Position numbers and translations under genes: made by a program. 64,000 bases of DNA from an uncultured Prevotellaceae bacterium. GTDB taxonomy: Bacteria; Bacteroidota; Bacteroidia; Bacteroidales; Muribaculaceae. The DNA is taken from the NCBI GenBank assembly GCA_900322135.1, contig ONYP01000034.1, forward strand, positions 1,548-65,547, written 5' to 3'. Positions 10,274 through 20,139 of the stretch are shown piece by piece (positions within the stretch are counted from its first letter, which is position 1; the number at the start of each line of letters is the position of its first letter). The notes under the pieces were generated by a model. That model did not search any database. It saw only the letters and a program-made list of their open reading frames with translations, and was not told where the DNA came from.

Positions 10274-10470
10274 TAGACTGCCAGGGTCCAAAATGGTTTA
10301 CAACAATCAAACGACAAAATTAACAAATTCTCCTTAATGAGCGGTGTTAAAATATATAAAATTGCAAATATTGACCTAAATCAACCTCCCTTGGGGCAAG
10401 GAACCACTTGTCACAATGAGGCAAAACACAAACAAGATAAGAGCTAAAAGTGTATTATTTACCAAAAAAA

Positions 10471-10502
10471 GTTGCATCATTCAAATAAATGCAGTACATT
10501 TG
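10471..10502 (+). promoter_or_regulatory. Sigma-A promoter (-33 GTTG, 20-nt spacer, -7 TACATTTG) with no downstream ORF
   Basis: Near-consensus elements at canonical spacing. Confidence 0.6.
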
Positions 10503-10505
10503 CAA

Positions 10506-10577
10506 AACCTTAAATCAACTATTATTCATACTATTTTTCCTAGGGCACCTTCGTTGTGATAACGAAGTGCTTTTTTT
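10506..10577 (+). ncRNA. Candidate small RNA (~70 nt)
   Basis: Lies between the promoter and a terminator (GCACCTTCGTT/AACGAAGTGC + T7); no ATG-initiated ORF inside. Confidence 0.45.
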
Positions 10578-10594
10578 ACAGGATTAACCTGCAC

Positions 10595-10634
10595 AAAAAA
10601 ACGGTTGCGGGAATCCTGACGACTCCCGCAACCG
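10595..10634 (-). terminator. proS intrinsic terminator
   Basis: CGGTTGCGGGA/TCCCGCAACCG 11-bp stem plus T7 on the minus strand. Confidence 0.8.
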
Positions 10635-10657
10635 GTTGATGATAAAACGCTAGTTAT

Positions 10658-12139
10658 TTAGTAGTTACGCGCAAAGATGACACGGCGCTTGCTGGGCTTG
10701 CCCGTGTAGATGCACTTGCCATCCTCCTCGGGGGCATCCAGCGGGATGCAACGGATGGTAGCCTTGGTCTCCTCCTTGATTTTCTCTTCGGTCTCGGTGG
10801 TGCCGTCCCAATGGGCAAGGATAAAACCGCCCTTCTCGATCTGCTCCTTGAATTCGTCCCAGGTGTCGACCGTGAAGGTCATCTCCTCACGGTGACGCAG
10901 AGCCTTGTTGTAGATGTTCTGCTGGATTTCCTCAAGCAGGTCCTTGACGCGGTTCTCGATGCCGGCCAGTTGCTCGCTGCTCTTCTCGAGGGTGTCGCGG
11001 CGCATAACCTCGACAGTGCCGGCCTCGATGTCGCGCGCACCGAGCACGAGACGCACGGGCACACCCTTGAGTTCATAGTCGGCAAACTTGAATCCCGGAC
11101 GCTTGTTGTCGGCATTGTCATACTTCACCGAGATGCCCATGGCGCGCAGGTTGGCAACGATGGGTTCAACAACCTTGTTGACCTGCTGGAGCTGGTCGTC
11201 GGTCTTGTAAACGGGAACGATCACGACCTGGATAGGAGCCAGATGCGGCGGCAGCACGAGTCCGTTGTCGTCGCTGTGTGTCATGATGAGCGCACCCATC
11301 AATCGTGTCGAGACACCCCAAGAGGTGGCCCACACATCCTGCAGTTTATTCTCCTTGTCGATGAACTTGACATCAAATGCCTTGGCGAAATTCTGGCCCA
11401 GGAAGTGGCTGGTACCGGACTGCAGTGCCTTGCCATCCTGCATCATGGCCTCGATGGTATAAGTCTCGAGAGCGCCGGCAAAACGCTCATTGGCGGTCTT
11501 GATACCCTTGATAACGGGCAATGCCATATATTTCTCGGCAAAATCGGAATAGACATTGAGCATCTCGATAGCCTTGGCCTCGGCCTCTTCCTTAGAGGCA
11601 TGGGCGGTATGTCCCTCCTGCCACAGGAACTCGGCCGTGCGCAGGAACATGCGTGTGCGCATTTCCCAACGGAATACATTTGCCCACTGATTGATGAGCA
11701 GCGGCAGGTCACGGTAACTGTTGATCCAGTTGCGGTAGGTGTTCCAGATGATGGTTTCGCTGGTGGGGCGTATAACCAGTTCTTCCTCAAGCCTTGCCGA
11801 GGGGTCAACAACGACACCCTTGCCGTTGGGGTCATTCATCAGACGATAATGGGTGACGACCGCGCACTCCTTGGCGAAGCCTTCCACATGGTCGGCCTCA
11901 CGGCTGAGGAACGACTTGGGGATGAGCAGGGGGAAATAGGCGTTCTGCACACCCGTAGCCTTGAACATGTCATCAAGTTGGCGCTGCATTTTTTCCCAGA
12001 TGGCATAGCCATAGGGCTTGATTACCATGCAGCCACGCACCGCCGATTGCTCAGCGAGATCGGCTTTCACTACCAGTTCGTTATACCATTGAGAGTAATT
12101 GTCGGCTCTCTTTGTCAAATCCTTTAATTCTTTTGCCAT
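10658..12139 (-). CDS. proS: Proline--tRNA ligase (archaeal/eukaryote-like type)
   Basis: [47 protein letters not shown], ends FARNY. Confidence 0.98.
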   Translation of the reverse strand: MAKELKDLTKRADNYSQWYNELVVKADLAEQSAVRGCMVIKPYGYAIWEKMQRQLDDMFKATGVQNAYFPLLIPKSFLSREADHVEGFAKECAVVTHYRLMNDPNGKGVVVDPSARLEEELVIRPTSETIIWNTYRNWINSYRDLPLLINQWANVFRWEMRTRMFLRTAEFLWQEGHTAHASKEEAEAKAIEMLNVYSDFAEKYMALPVIKGIKTANERFAGALETYTIEAMMQDGKALQSGTSHFLGQNFAKAFDVKFIDKENKLQDVWATSWGVSTRLMGALIMTHSDDNGLVLPPHLAPIQVVIVPVYKTDDQLQQVNKVVEPIVANLRAMGISVKYDNADNKRPGFKFADYELKGVPVRLVLGARDIEAGTVEVMRRDTLEKSSEQLAGIENRVKDLLEEIQQNIYNKALRHREEMTFTVDTWDEFKEQIEKGGFILAHWDGTTETEEKIKEETKATIRCIPLDAPEEDGKCIYTGKPSKRRVIFARNY

Positions 12140-12171
12140 TTCTAATGTGCTATATATATAATTATGTGTTG

Positions 12172-12819
12172 TTATTTCTCTTTTGCCTTCTGGCGAATGT
12201 TGATGGTGCCTTTCTTGGCCTGCTGCAGCATTACCTTGTCGGGGACGAGATAAATCTCCAGCCGGCGGTTAGTCTTGCGGTTCTCTACCGAGTTGTTGTC
12301 AACAATCGGGTCGGTGGCGCCCAGGGCATAGGGGACGACATAGTCCACGCTGCCATTTGCCTCAAACCAGTCAAAGATAGCGTTAACGCGCTGCCGTGTC
12401 AGGTTGAGCGTGTATTCCGAACTACCCGTGTCGTCGCTGTGCATCACGAGCAGCATCTTGTAGAACCCCGGATTATTGATCATCCTGAGGAAAGGCTTGA
12501 GCTGAGTCTCTCCTAATTTGCTGACGACGGTGTCGTTAGGGTCAAACAATTGGCTGGCGGGAATGGTGATGACGATAATCTCGTCGTCACGCATGAGTTC
12601 CACCTCATAGTTTGACTTCTTGAAAGCCACAGCCATATCGTATTGGAAATCCTGGATTTTATCGGCCTGCTTGTTATTCTTTATCTCAGGCGTAGCCAGG
12701 TTCTCGTCAAGCGACAACTCATAAATATCCTCTTCATGTTCTCTCGCAACCAAGTGCTGCGGACAGAGCACGGTGAACATCGCTATCGCTATTACAAAGA
12801 TATACGGAAACCGTTGCAT
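12172..12819 (-). CDS. OmpA-family peptidoglycan-binding domain protein
   Basis: Signal peptide; [33 protein letters not shown]. Confidence 0.75.
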   Translation of the reverse strand: MQRFPYIFVIAIAMFTVLCPQHLVAREHEEDIYELSLDENLATPEIKNNKQADKIQDFQYDMAVAFKKSNYEVELMRDDEIIVITIPASQLFDPNDTVVSKLGETQLKPFLRMINNPGFYKMLLVMHSDDTGSSEYTLNLTRQRVNAIFDWFEANGSVDYVVPYALGATDPIVDNNSVENRKTNRRLEIYLVPDKVMLQQAKKGTINIRQKAKEK

Positions 12820-12842
12820 GCTTCTTGTGTCGTTATAACTGT

Positions 12843-13379
12843 TTACTTGTTGAGGTCAAGAAGCCCTTCAGGCAGATCCATGACCATCACTTTGCTGTCC
12901 AAATCAAATTCCACGATCAAGTCATCGTTGGCAGGAACCATGAGTTCTCCCCCATCGACCCCGACGATGAACATCGCATTCTCGGTCTGCTCGTCCACAT
13001 CGGTAATTACTCCCACCACGGTGTTGTCGCTGTCCCTAAGTTCAAAGCCGATGAAAAAATCCAGGGGATATCCGTCGGCATCCACATTGTCGCTCTCGCT
13101 GCGGTAATCACGCTTGAGAGCATAGATGTCGTGATTGACCAAACGCGCGGCTTCGGTCTCATTGCCGATGCCGTCGATGGTGAGCAATACGGTCTCACTG
13201 GTTTTAGGTCGGCACGAGTTGACAAAGAACGGCACAAAGATGCCATCGATGTCGCTCACCAGACATGACAAGCCCTGCAGAACCTCCACATCAACATCAA
13301 TGGTAGCCGAAATCTCTCCAGACACACCATGCGGCTTATTGTAGCGGCCTATTGCTATGAGTTCGTCACGCGTAATCAT
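12843..13379 (-). CDS. rimM: Ribosome maturation factor RimM
   Basis: IGRYNKPHGVSGEI; C-terminal PRC barrel ending MDLPEGLLDL. Confidence 0.95.
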   Translation of the reverse strand: MITRDELIAIGRYNKPHGVSGEISATIDVDVEVLQGLSCLVSDIDGIFVPFFVNSCRPKTSETVLLTIDGIGNETEAARLVNHDIYALKRDYRSESDNVDADGYPLDFFIGFELRDSDNTVVGVITDVDEQTENAMFIVGVDGGELMVPANDDLIVEFDLDSKVMVMDLPEGLLDLNK

Positions 13380-13460
13380 TATTCTCCAGTATTTGGTTTA
13401 TCGTTATTACCCCAGTTCATCTAGCCCTGTCAAGCAATGGATAAAGGGCTAAAGGGCGGT

Positions 13461-14057
13461 TTATTTCTTCTTTTTCTTCTTGCTAGCGGGTTGAGCAGGT
13501 TTAACAATCTGATACTCGTGCAGGTGATGGGTCTCGGGGTTTAACCTGATGGCGCCATGGCTATAGAAGGCCAGATCCTTGAAAATCTTGGCATCTTCCA
13601 CATCCTCGTTGTTGATTTGGAAGATCAGTTTCTTCATGTGGTTGGCCAGGAGCATTACCAGCGCATCCCGTTCCTCGCCCTCGGGGTAGGTTGCGGCACG
13701 CTCGATCATGCGCTCGATATTCTTTCCATAATGGCGGAACTTGATAGGTTCCAACTCATATTGGATAGGTTCTGGCGTTGTTTCCAGGCTTTCTTCCTTG
13801 ATGATGTCATCAAAGGGGAAATCCACATCCAGCCTGAAACCGCTCATGATCATCAGGTGATCCCACAGTTTGTGCTGATAGTCGGTCTCGGCACGCAACT
13901 GCGGGAAAATGTTGGCCATGTTCTGCACGATGGTATAAGCGCAGCGTGTGCGCTCATCGCGGTCCTCGATTGTGAGGCAGTGGTCAACCATCTGTTGGAT
14001 GTTGCGGCCATACTCGGGCAACACCAGTTTCTTGAGTTGTGAATTATATGTCAACAT
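13461..14057 (-). CDS. DUF4290-family protein
   Basis: YNSQLKKLVLPEYGRNIQQMVDH and HKLWDHL motifs; start moved to ATG 14057 because a -7 element (TATATTTG, 14064-14071) overlaps the longer ORF start. Confidence 0.85.
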   Translation of the reverse strand: MLTYNSQLKKLVLPEYGRNIQQMVDHCLTIEDRDERTRCAYTIVQNMANIFPQLRAETDYQHKLWDHLMIMSGFRLDVDFPFDDIIKEESLETTPEPIQYELEPIKFRHYGKNIERMIERAATYPEGEERDALVMLLANHMKKLIFQINNEDVEDAKIFKDLAFYSHGAIRLNPETHHLHEYQIVKPAQPASKKKKKK

Positions 14058-14121
14058 AATCTGCAAATATACGATAAAAAAATCAACTGCGAAAATCCGA
14101 CCTCATTTCGCCGCCATCCTA

Positions 14122-14826
14122 TCAGAGACCCAGAATGGGGTTTTTGGGCTTAGTGGCCTGAAATTCTTTTAGATACAACGGGGTGCTGTAGGCCACATCA
14201 ATGAAGTCGTTCTCGCGGAAGGCTTTCTCGGCCAGCGCCATCATCTCCATCGCCACAGGCTTTATGCCCTCAACAAAGCGCACACCGTCACGGGTAAGCA
14301 CTTGACGAGCCTTGTTGCTGCCGTTGCCCATCATGATGAGCGTATTGCCCCGGTCGAGCAAAGCATCAAAAGAATGCTCGTCGAGAATCATCGCCTGGGG
14401 TTCAAGCACGGGCTCAAGAGCGGGATTATAGACCGCAGTGTAGACCTCCATGCGGCGGGCATCAATCATGGGCACATAAAGCACATTATCCTCCTCGATA
14501 AAGTGATTGAACATTGTGCTGACGGCAAGCAGTTGCAAGGTGTTCACACCGATAAGAGGCACATTGAAGCCAAAAGCCAGTCCCTTGGCCTCGCTCAAGC
14601 CGATGCGCAGTCCCGTATAGGAGCCCGGTCCGATGCTCACGGCGATGGCATCGAGTTTCATTTCCCGCGAACGGGCATAGTCCAGCATCTCCTTGACATA
14701 CTGGCTCAGCATGGTAGCATGGGTTTGTCCCTCGTAGTTTTCACGATGGTCAAGCACCTGTCCCTCGCTGGTCAATGCCACCGAGCACACTTCGGTCGAT
14801 GTCTCTATGTTCAGGATATTCGCCAT
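14122..14826 (-). CDS. tsaB: tRNA t6A37 biosynthesis protein TsaB
   Basis: ILNIETSTEVCSVAL, GPGSYTGLRIG, MIDARRMEVY, PLYLKEF. Confidence 0.97.
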   Translation of the reverse strand: MANILNIETSTEVCSVALTSEGQVLDHRENYEGQTHATMLSQYVKEMLDYARSREMKLDAIAVSIGPGSYTGLRIGLSEAKGLAFGFNVPLIGVNTLQLLAVSTMFNHFIEEDNVLYVPMIDARRMEVYTAVYNPALEPVLEPQAMILDEHSFDALLDRGNTLIMMGNGSNKARQVLTRDGVRFVEGIKPVAMEMMALAEKAFRENDFIDVAYSTPLYLKEFQATKPKNPILGL

Positions 14827-14910
14827 CTCCTTAGTCTAAAAACATGCAAAGGTACAAAATAGTTTAGAGTTAAAGGGGGTAAGTTTACAGTTTTTTGAAA
14901 AAACCGCTCA

Positions 14911-15933
14911 TCACAACGCTGCGATGAGGGCATCAACATCCTCGGGGCGGGTGGCCCAACTGGTGACGAAACGGCAGTTCATCATGTCGCCAACAGGATA
15001 CCACTGCTCAAAGACGAAGTCCTTCTCCAGTCGCTCGACAGTTGCCTTGTCCAAGAGGACAAACTGCTGATTAGTAGGCGAATCGGAGTACATCTTGTAG
15101 CCTTTTCTGACAAAGGCATCACGCAAGCGCATCGCTTGCTGGACGGCATGCCCGGCAAGGGTGAAATAGAGTCCGTCCTGCATCAGCGTGTCGAACTGGA
15201 TGCCCAGTAAGCGGCCCTTGGCCATGAGTGCACCATGCTGCTTGACGATGGTGAAGAAATGGGCGGGCGCATTGTGATGCGGGAACACGACGGCCTCGCC
15301 GCAGTAAGCTCCGCACTTGGTACCGCCAATGTAGAACACATCACACAGGTCGGCCAACTGCTCCAGGCTCACATCACTGCCCTGTGCCATGAGACCGTAA
15401 CCCAGACGGGCTCCATCGATAAAGAGGGGCAACTCATACCTGTGGCAGATGTCGCTGATAGCTTGAAGTTCGGCTCTCGAGTAAACTGAGCCCATCTCGG
15501 TGGCTTGTGTGATGTAAACGATTCCCGGGAACACCATGTGGTCATAGGTGGGGTCGGCATAAAAGTCATGCAGCCACTGTGCCAGCTCGCCGCTGTCCAT
15601 CTTGCCGTCATGGCTGGGCAAGGTGAGCACCTTGTGCCCGCCGAACTCGATGGCCCCCGACTCGTGCACATTGATATGGCCCGTCTCCACAGCGAGCACG
15701 CCCTGATAGGACTGCAACATCGCATCGATGACGGTGGCGTTGGTCTGTGTGCCGCCCACAAGGAAGAACACATCAGCATCGGGCTTGCCGCAAGCAAGGC
15801 GGATTTTCTCCTTGGCCGCCGTGCAGTAATCGTCCAGGCCGTAACCGGTGGCACACTCGTTGTTGGTCTCTATCAGGCGCTTGAGGATTGCCTCGTGGCA
15901 ACCATTATTGTAATCACTCTCAAATGAAATCAT
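14911..15933 (-). CDS. ltaE: Low-specificity L-threonine aldolase
   Basis: SFESDY, GGTQTN, HINVHESGAIE, DGARL, PLP lysine in YIGGTKCG, RFVTSWAT. Confidence 0.9.
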   Translation of the reverse strand: MISFESDYNNGCHEAILKRLIETNNECATGYGLDDYCTAAKEKIRLACGKPDADVFFLVGGTQTNATVIDAMLQSYQGVLAVETGHINVHESGAIEFGGHKVLTLPSHDGKMDSGELAQWLHDFYADPTYDHMVFPGIVYITQATEMGSVYSRAELQAISDICHRYELPLFIDGARLGYGLMAQGSDVSLEQLADLCDVFYIGGTKCGAYCGEAVVFPHHNAPAHFFTIVKQHGALMAKGRLLGIQFDTLMQDGLYFTLAGHAVQQAMRLRDAFVRKGYKMYSDSPTNQQFVLLDKATVERLEKDFVFEQWYPVGDMMNCRFVTSWATRPEDVDALIAAL

Positions 15934-15948
15934 AGTTTCTCTTGAATT

Positions 15949-15974
15949 GGAGACGCAAGATGCTGCGTCTCTAC
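15949..15974 (-). repeat. GTAG-type REP-like palindrome in the ltaE 5' UTR
   Basis: Minus strand GTAGAGACGCAGCATCTTGCGTCTCC: GTAG tetramer plus GAGACGCA/TGCGTCTC stem. Confidence 0.6.
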
Positions 15975-15995
15975 ATTATAAATTTAAATCATCGG

Positions 15996-16036
15996 TGCAA
16001 AGATAGTCAAAAACGGGAAAAATGACTATCTTTGCA
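15996..16036. promoter_or_regulatory. Back-to-back divergent promoters forming a perfect 14-bp inverted repeat
   Basis: TGCAAAGATAGTCA-N13-TGACTATCTTTGCA; each arm contains TATCTTTG pointing outward, toward ltaE and toward the GH13 gene. Confidence 0.7.
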
Positions 16037-16038
16037 TT

Positions 16039-17712
16039 ATGAAAGAGAAGAAAAAGATGATTATCTACCAGTTGATGCCTCGTTGGTTTACTAACCTCAA
16101 CGACCATTGTGTACCCAACGGAACGCTTAAGCAGAACGGCTGCGGCAAGTTCAACGAGATAGACGACAGCAAACTGCGTTCTATCAAATCGTTGGGAGCC
16201 ACCCATGTGTGGTATACCGGCATTATCGAACATGCCACAGCCACCGACTATAGCAAACACGGCATTGCACAGTGCAACCCGCATGTTGTCAAAGGGTTAG
16301 CCGGTTCGCCTTATGCCATCCGCGACTACTATGATGTGTGCCCCGACATGGCCGTCAAGGTGAAGAACCGCATGCGTGAGTTTGAAGCGCTGGTCGAGCG
16401 TACCCACAAGAATGGCCTGAAAGTCATCATCGACTTCGTGCCCAACCATGTGGCACGCGAATATGAGAGCGACGCCAAACCCGCCGGTGTCCAGGACCTG
16501 GGCGAGGGTGACAACCCGATGATGTTCTTTGATGCGCGCAATAACTTTTTCTATCTCACAGGTCAGGAATTTGCCCCAAAAGGTGTGAACTTGGGCAGCG
16601 GCAAGGAAGCCTACTGTGAGTTCCCAGCCCGCGCGACGGGTAATGACTGCTATACCGCCTCACCGAGCCGCGACGACTGGTATGAGACCGTGAAACTCAA
16701 CTACGGCGTCGACCCGTGGAACGGCAGCACCCACTTCGACCCCACCCCACCCACCTGGAGCAAGATGCTCGACATCCTCAAGTTCTGGGCCGGGAAAGGT
16801 GTGGACGGTTTCCGCTGCGACATGGCACACATGGTTCCCGTACAATTCTGGCAGTGGGCCATCAGCCAAATCAAAGACATTAACCCTGACATCATCTTCA
16901 TTGCCGAAATCTATGACACCGCACTGTACCACAGTTACATTTATGACGGCGGATTTGACTATCTGTATGACAAGGTGACGCTCTATGACGCGCTACGCGG
17001 CATCCTGTGTGACGGCTGGCCCGCCAGCGACCTCACCCGCTGCTGGCAGACCGTCGAGGGCATCGGCGACCATATGCTTGCATTTCTCGAGAACCATGAC
17101 GAGCAACGCATCGCTTCACAACAGTTCTGCGGCGAACCATGGCGGGCAGTTCCTGCACTGGTGGTTGCCGCCACAATGTGCACGGGTCCGTTCATGCTCT
17201 ACTCAGGACAGGAACTGGGCGAAAAGGCCGACGATGCAGAGGGCTTCAGCGGACACGACGGACGCACGACCATCTTTGACTACTGGAGCGTTCCCACCCT
17301 GCGCCGCTGGCACCAGGACAAGCCGACGGGCGACGAGCGCCGCCTGCGTTCATGGTACCGTAAGGTCCTGCGCCTGTGCAACAGCGAGAAGACGCTGTCC
17401 GAGGGACAATTCTTTGACCTGATGTATGTCAACCAGGACACGGTCGACACAAGGTTTGTATATGCCTACCTGCGCCACTGCGGTGGTGAGATGACGCTGG
17501 TTGTCGCCAACTTCGGCGATACGGCTGTCGAGACCGGCATCCGCATCCCGCAGCACGCCCTCGACTGCGCCGGAATGGCCCATGGCCAGTACTCCTGCGT
17601 TGACCTGATGAATGGTGCATCGACTATGGTGAACTTGCAGGGCGACATGCCGTTACCCGTCCAAGTCAAGGGTCACGATGCCGCGCTGTACCGCCTCTCG
17701 GCAACAGAGTGA
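16039..17712 (+). CDS. Cytoplasmic GH13 alpha-amylase-family glycoside hydrolase
   Basis: DFVPNHV, catalytic GFRCDMAH, FIAEIY, FLENHDEQR; no signal peptide. Confidence 0.92.
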   Translation: MKEKKKMIIYQLMPRWFTNLNDHCVPNGTLKQNGCGKFNEIDDSKLRSIKSLGATHVWYTGIIEHATATDYSKHGIAQCNPHVVKGLAGSPYAIRDYYDVCPDMAVKVKNRMREFEALVERTHKNGLKVIIDFVPNHVAREYESDAKPAGVQDLGEGDNPMMFFDARNNFFYLTGQEFAPKGVNLGSGKEAYCEFPARATGNDCYTASPSRDDWYETVKLNYGVDPWNGSTHFDPTPPTWSKMLDILKFWAGKGVDGFRCDMAHMVPVQFWQWAISQIKDINPDIIFIAEIYDTALYHSYIYDGGFDYLYDKVTLYDALRGILCDGWPASDLTRCWQTVEGIGDHMLAFLENHDEQRIASQQFCGEPWRAVPALVVAATMCTGPFMLYSGQELGEKADDAEGFSGHDGRTTIFDYWSVPTLRRWHQDKPTGDERRLRSWYRKVLRLCNSEKTLSEGQFFDLMYVNQDTVDTRFVYAYLRHCGGEMTLVVANFGDTAVETGIRIPQHALDCAGMAHGQYSCVDLMNGASTMVNLQGDMPLPVQVKGHDAALYRLSATE

Positions 17713-17968
17713 CACCAGGGGTGCGCGTTGCCAACGCGCAAGACGGAACAGCACCGACAGAAACGCACAAGACCGGGCGAGCGACAGCGCGTTGTGCTGG
17801 ACAACGACAACTCACTAGACCCCGGATAATGACAGTAAGGCAGTGCTGTGGAGCGCTGCCTTGCTGTTGCTAACCCTCACTGTAAAATGGTGGATTTAAT
17901 AATTATTTTGAGTTATTATTTTTTAATGTGGGGAATTTGCTCTACTTTTGTGGGTAGTTTAGATAGAC

Positions 17969-18949
17969 ATGATGAAATACCTGAGTCTGCCTGACCACAC
18001 GACGCACATTCTTCCGTTCTATTTAGCAATGGAGGAGTATGCTGCACGCATCATTGGAGAGGATGACATCTTCTTCATGTGGCAGGTGGAGCCCACGGTT
18101 ATCTTCGGTCGCAACCAGTTGATAGCGAACGAGGTGAATGTGGATTATTGCCGTGAGCACGGCATCGCCTTCTACCGTCGACGCAGTGGCGGCGGTTGCG
18201 TGTATGCCGACAGGGACAACATCATGTTCAGTTACATCACCCGCAGCGACGAGGTGCAGACGACATTCAGCGCCTACACTACCGCCGTTGCCAAGATGCT
18301 GCAAGGATTGGGGCTCGATGCCAGCGCCAGCGACCGCAACGATGTTCTCATCGGCAATCGCAAAGTGAGCGGCAACGCGTTCTACCACATTCCAGGCCGC
18401 AGCATCGTACATGGCACCATGCTGTATGACACCAACATGGAGCACATGCTGAACGCCATCACGCCCTCGCGCGAGAAACTGACGAGCAAGGGCGTTGAGT
18501 CGGTGAGGAGCCATATCACGACATTGAGTGAGCACCTGACGATGGACATCGAGTCGTTCAAACGCCATGTGCGCGAGACATTGTGTGACGGCGACATCGC
18601 GCTGACGGCCGATGACATCGCCGAGATTGAGCGGCTCACCCTGCCCTACCTGGAGCCGTCGTTCCTGTGGGGCAACGACCCACGGTGTGAAATGAGCCGC
18701 GGCGGCCGCATCGAGGGCGTGGGCAGCATCCATGCCGACATGTCGCTCAAGGGCGGCACGGTTCACGACCTGCACCTGAGGGGCGACTTCCTGCCACTGT
18801 GCGAGGATGTGGACAAAGTGCTGCTTGACAGGCTGCGCGGAGCACAACTCACCGCCGAAGACCTGCGCCTCGCCCTAGACGGCGCTGATGCAGGCAAGTG
18901 GATACTGAACTTAACAAACGAACAATTAATAACACTATTAACCAATTAA
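17969..18949 (+). CDS. lplA: Lipoate--protein ligase
   Basis: LAMEEY, GRNQ, RRRSGGGCVYAD, RNDV, KVSGNA, HGTMLY, KGVESVRSHIT. Confidence 0.93.
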   Translation: MMKYLSLPDHTTHILPFYLAMEEYAARIIGEDDIFFMWQVEPTVIFGRNQLIANEVNVDYCREHGIAFYRRRSGGGCVYADRDNIMFSYITRSDEVQTTFSAYTTAVAKMLQGLGLDASASDRNDVLIGNRKVSGNAFYHIPGRSIVHGTMLYDTNMEHMLNAITPSREKLTSKGVESVRSHITTLSEHLTMDIESFKRHVRETLCDGDIALTADDIAEIERLTLPYLEPSFLWGNDPRCEMSRGGRIEGVGSIHADMSLKGGTVHDLHLRGDFLPLCEDVDKVLLDRLRGAQLTAEDLRLALDGADAGKWILNLTNEQLITLLTN

Positions 18950-18964
18950 AAACCATTTCAAACC

Positions 18965-20062
18965 GTGACTGAAGAAATCAAAGTTACCTGTCTGCACGAC
19001 AGGCACATCGCGCAAGGCGCTCTCATGTCCCCCTTTGCAGGTTACGACATGCCCATCCAGTATGTAGACATCACCACCGAGCACAACGCTGTTCGCCAAA
19101 AGGTGGGCGTGTTTGATGTATCTCACATGGGTGAGGTGGAAATCACCGGCCCCGATGCCGCCAAGTTCACCAACTACATCTTCACCAATGACATCAACGC
19201 CATTAAGGCCGGCCAGATTCTGTACGGCATGATGCTGTACCCCGACGGCGGCACTGTTGACGACCTGCTGGTTTACCGTGTTGACGACAATGACTACTTC
19301 CTGGTCATCAACGCAGCCAATATCGACAAGGATGTGGCTTGGATCATGGAGCAGGCCAAGAACTTCGATGTGAAGGTAGACCACCAGAGCGAACTCTACG
19401 GCCAGATTGCCGTTCAGGGTCCCGATGCCGAGAAGACGATGGCTGCAGTGCTGAACATCGACACCACCGACCTGACATTCTACACATTCAAGAAACTGCA
19501 ATATGACGGCAAGACCATCATCGTGAGCCGCACCGGTTACACCGGCGAGGACGGCTTTGAGGTGTATGCCGATCCCGCCATCATCTGCAAGATGTGGGAT
19601 ATGCTGATGGAAGCCGGCGTACAGCCCTGCGGTCTGGGTTGCCGTGACACCCTGCGCTTTGAGGCTGGTCTGCCCCTGTATGGCGACGAGTTGACCGCCG
19701 AGATTTCACCTATCGCAGCCACCTTCGGCATGTTTGTGAAACTCGACAAGGAAGGCGGCTTCATCGGCCGTGATGCCTGCGCCCAGCAGAAGGCTGAAGG
19801 CACCCCCAAGAAACTGGTGGGTCTGGAACTTGAAGGCAAGGCTATCCCCCGCCACGGCTACGAGGTGCTCGACGGCGAGAATGTAGTGGGCTACATCACT
19901 ACCGGCTATCACAGTATCACGCTGGACAAGAGCGTTGCATTCGCACTGGTTGACCGTGCCGTTGGCGCTCTGGGCAACACGCTGAATGTGCGCATCCGCA
20001 AGAAAGTGTTCCCTGCAACCGTGGTAAAGAAACGCTTCTATACCCCCAACTATAAGAAGTGA
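18965..20062 (+). CDS. gcvT: Glycine cleavage system T protein (aminomethyltransferase), GTG start
   Basis: FAGYDMPIQY, FDVSHMGE, SRTGYTGEDGFE, GLGCRDTLRFEAGLPLYG. Confidence 0.97.
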   Translation: MTEEIKVTCLHDRHIAQGALMSPFAGYDMPIQYVDITTEHNAVRQKVGVFDVSHMGEVEITGPDAAKFTNYIFTNDINAIKAGQILYGMMLYPDGGTVDDLLVYRVDDNDYFLVINAANIDKDVAWIMEQAKNFDVKVDHQSELYGQIAVQGPDAEKTMAAVLNIDTTDLTFYTFKKLQYDGKTIIVSRTGYTGEDGFEVYADPAIICKMWDMLMEAGVQPCGLGCRDTLRFEAGLPLYGDELTAEISPIAATFGMFVKLDKEGGFIGRDACAQQKAEGTPKKLVGLELEGKAIPRHGYEVLDGENVVGYITTGYHSITLDKSVAFALVDRAVGALGNTLNVRIRKKVFPATVVKKRFYTPNYKK

Positions 20063-20139
20063 TTTAGATTATAGTGGCGTGATTTTCAAGAAGAGTTTAA
20101 AACAAAAACATATTTAACTAATTAATAATTTATAACACA

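Noticed and set aside
10811-12127. Long antisense ORFs (438 aa here; also 20544-22037, 22123-23412, 37862-38926, 58804-60348)
   Set aside because: They mirror well-supported genes with strong third-position GC bias and contain no recognisable motifs
17712-17968. Glycine riboswitch upstream of the gcv operon
   Set aside because: No GGAGA..CCGAAG..CTCTCAGG aptamer core was found
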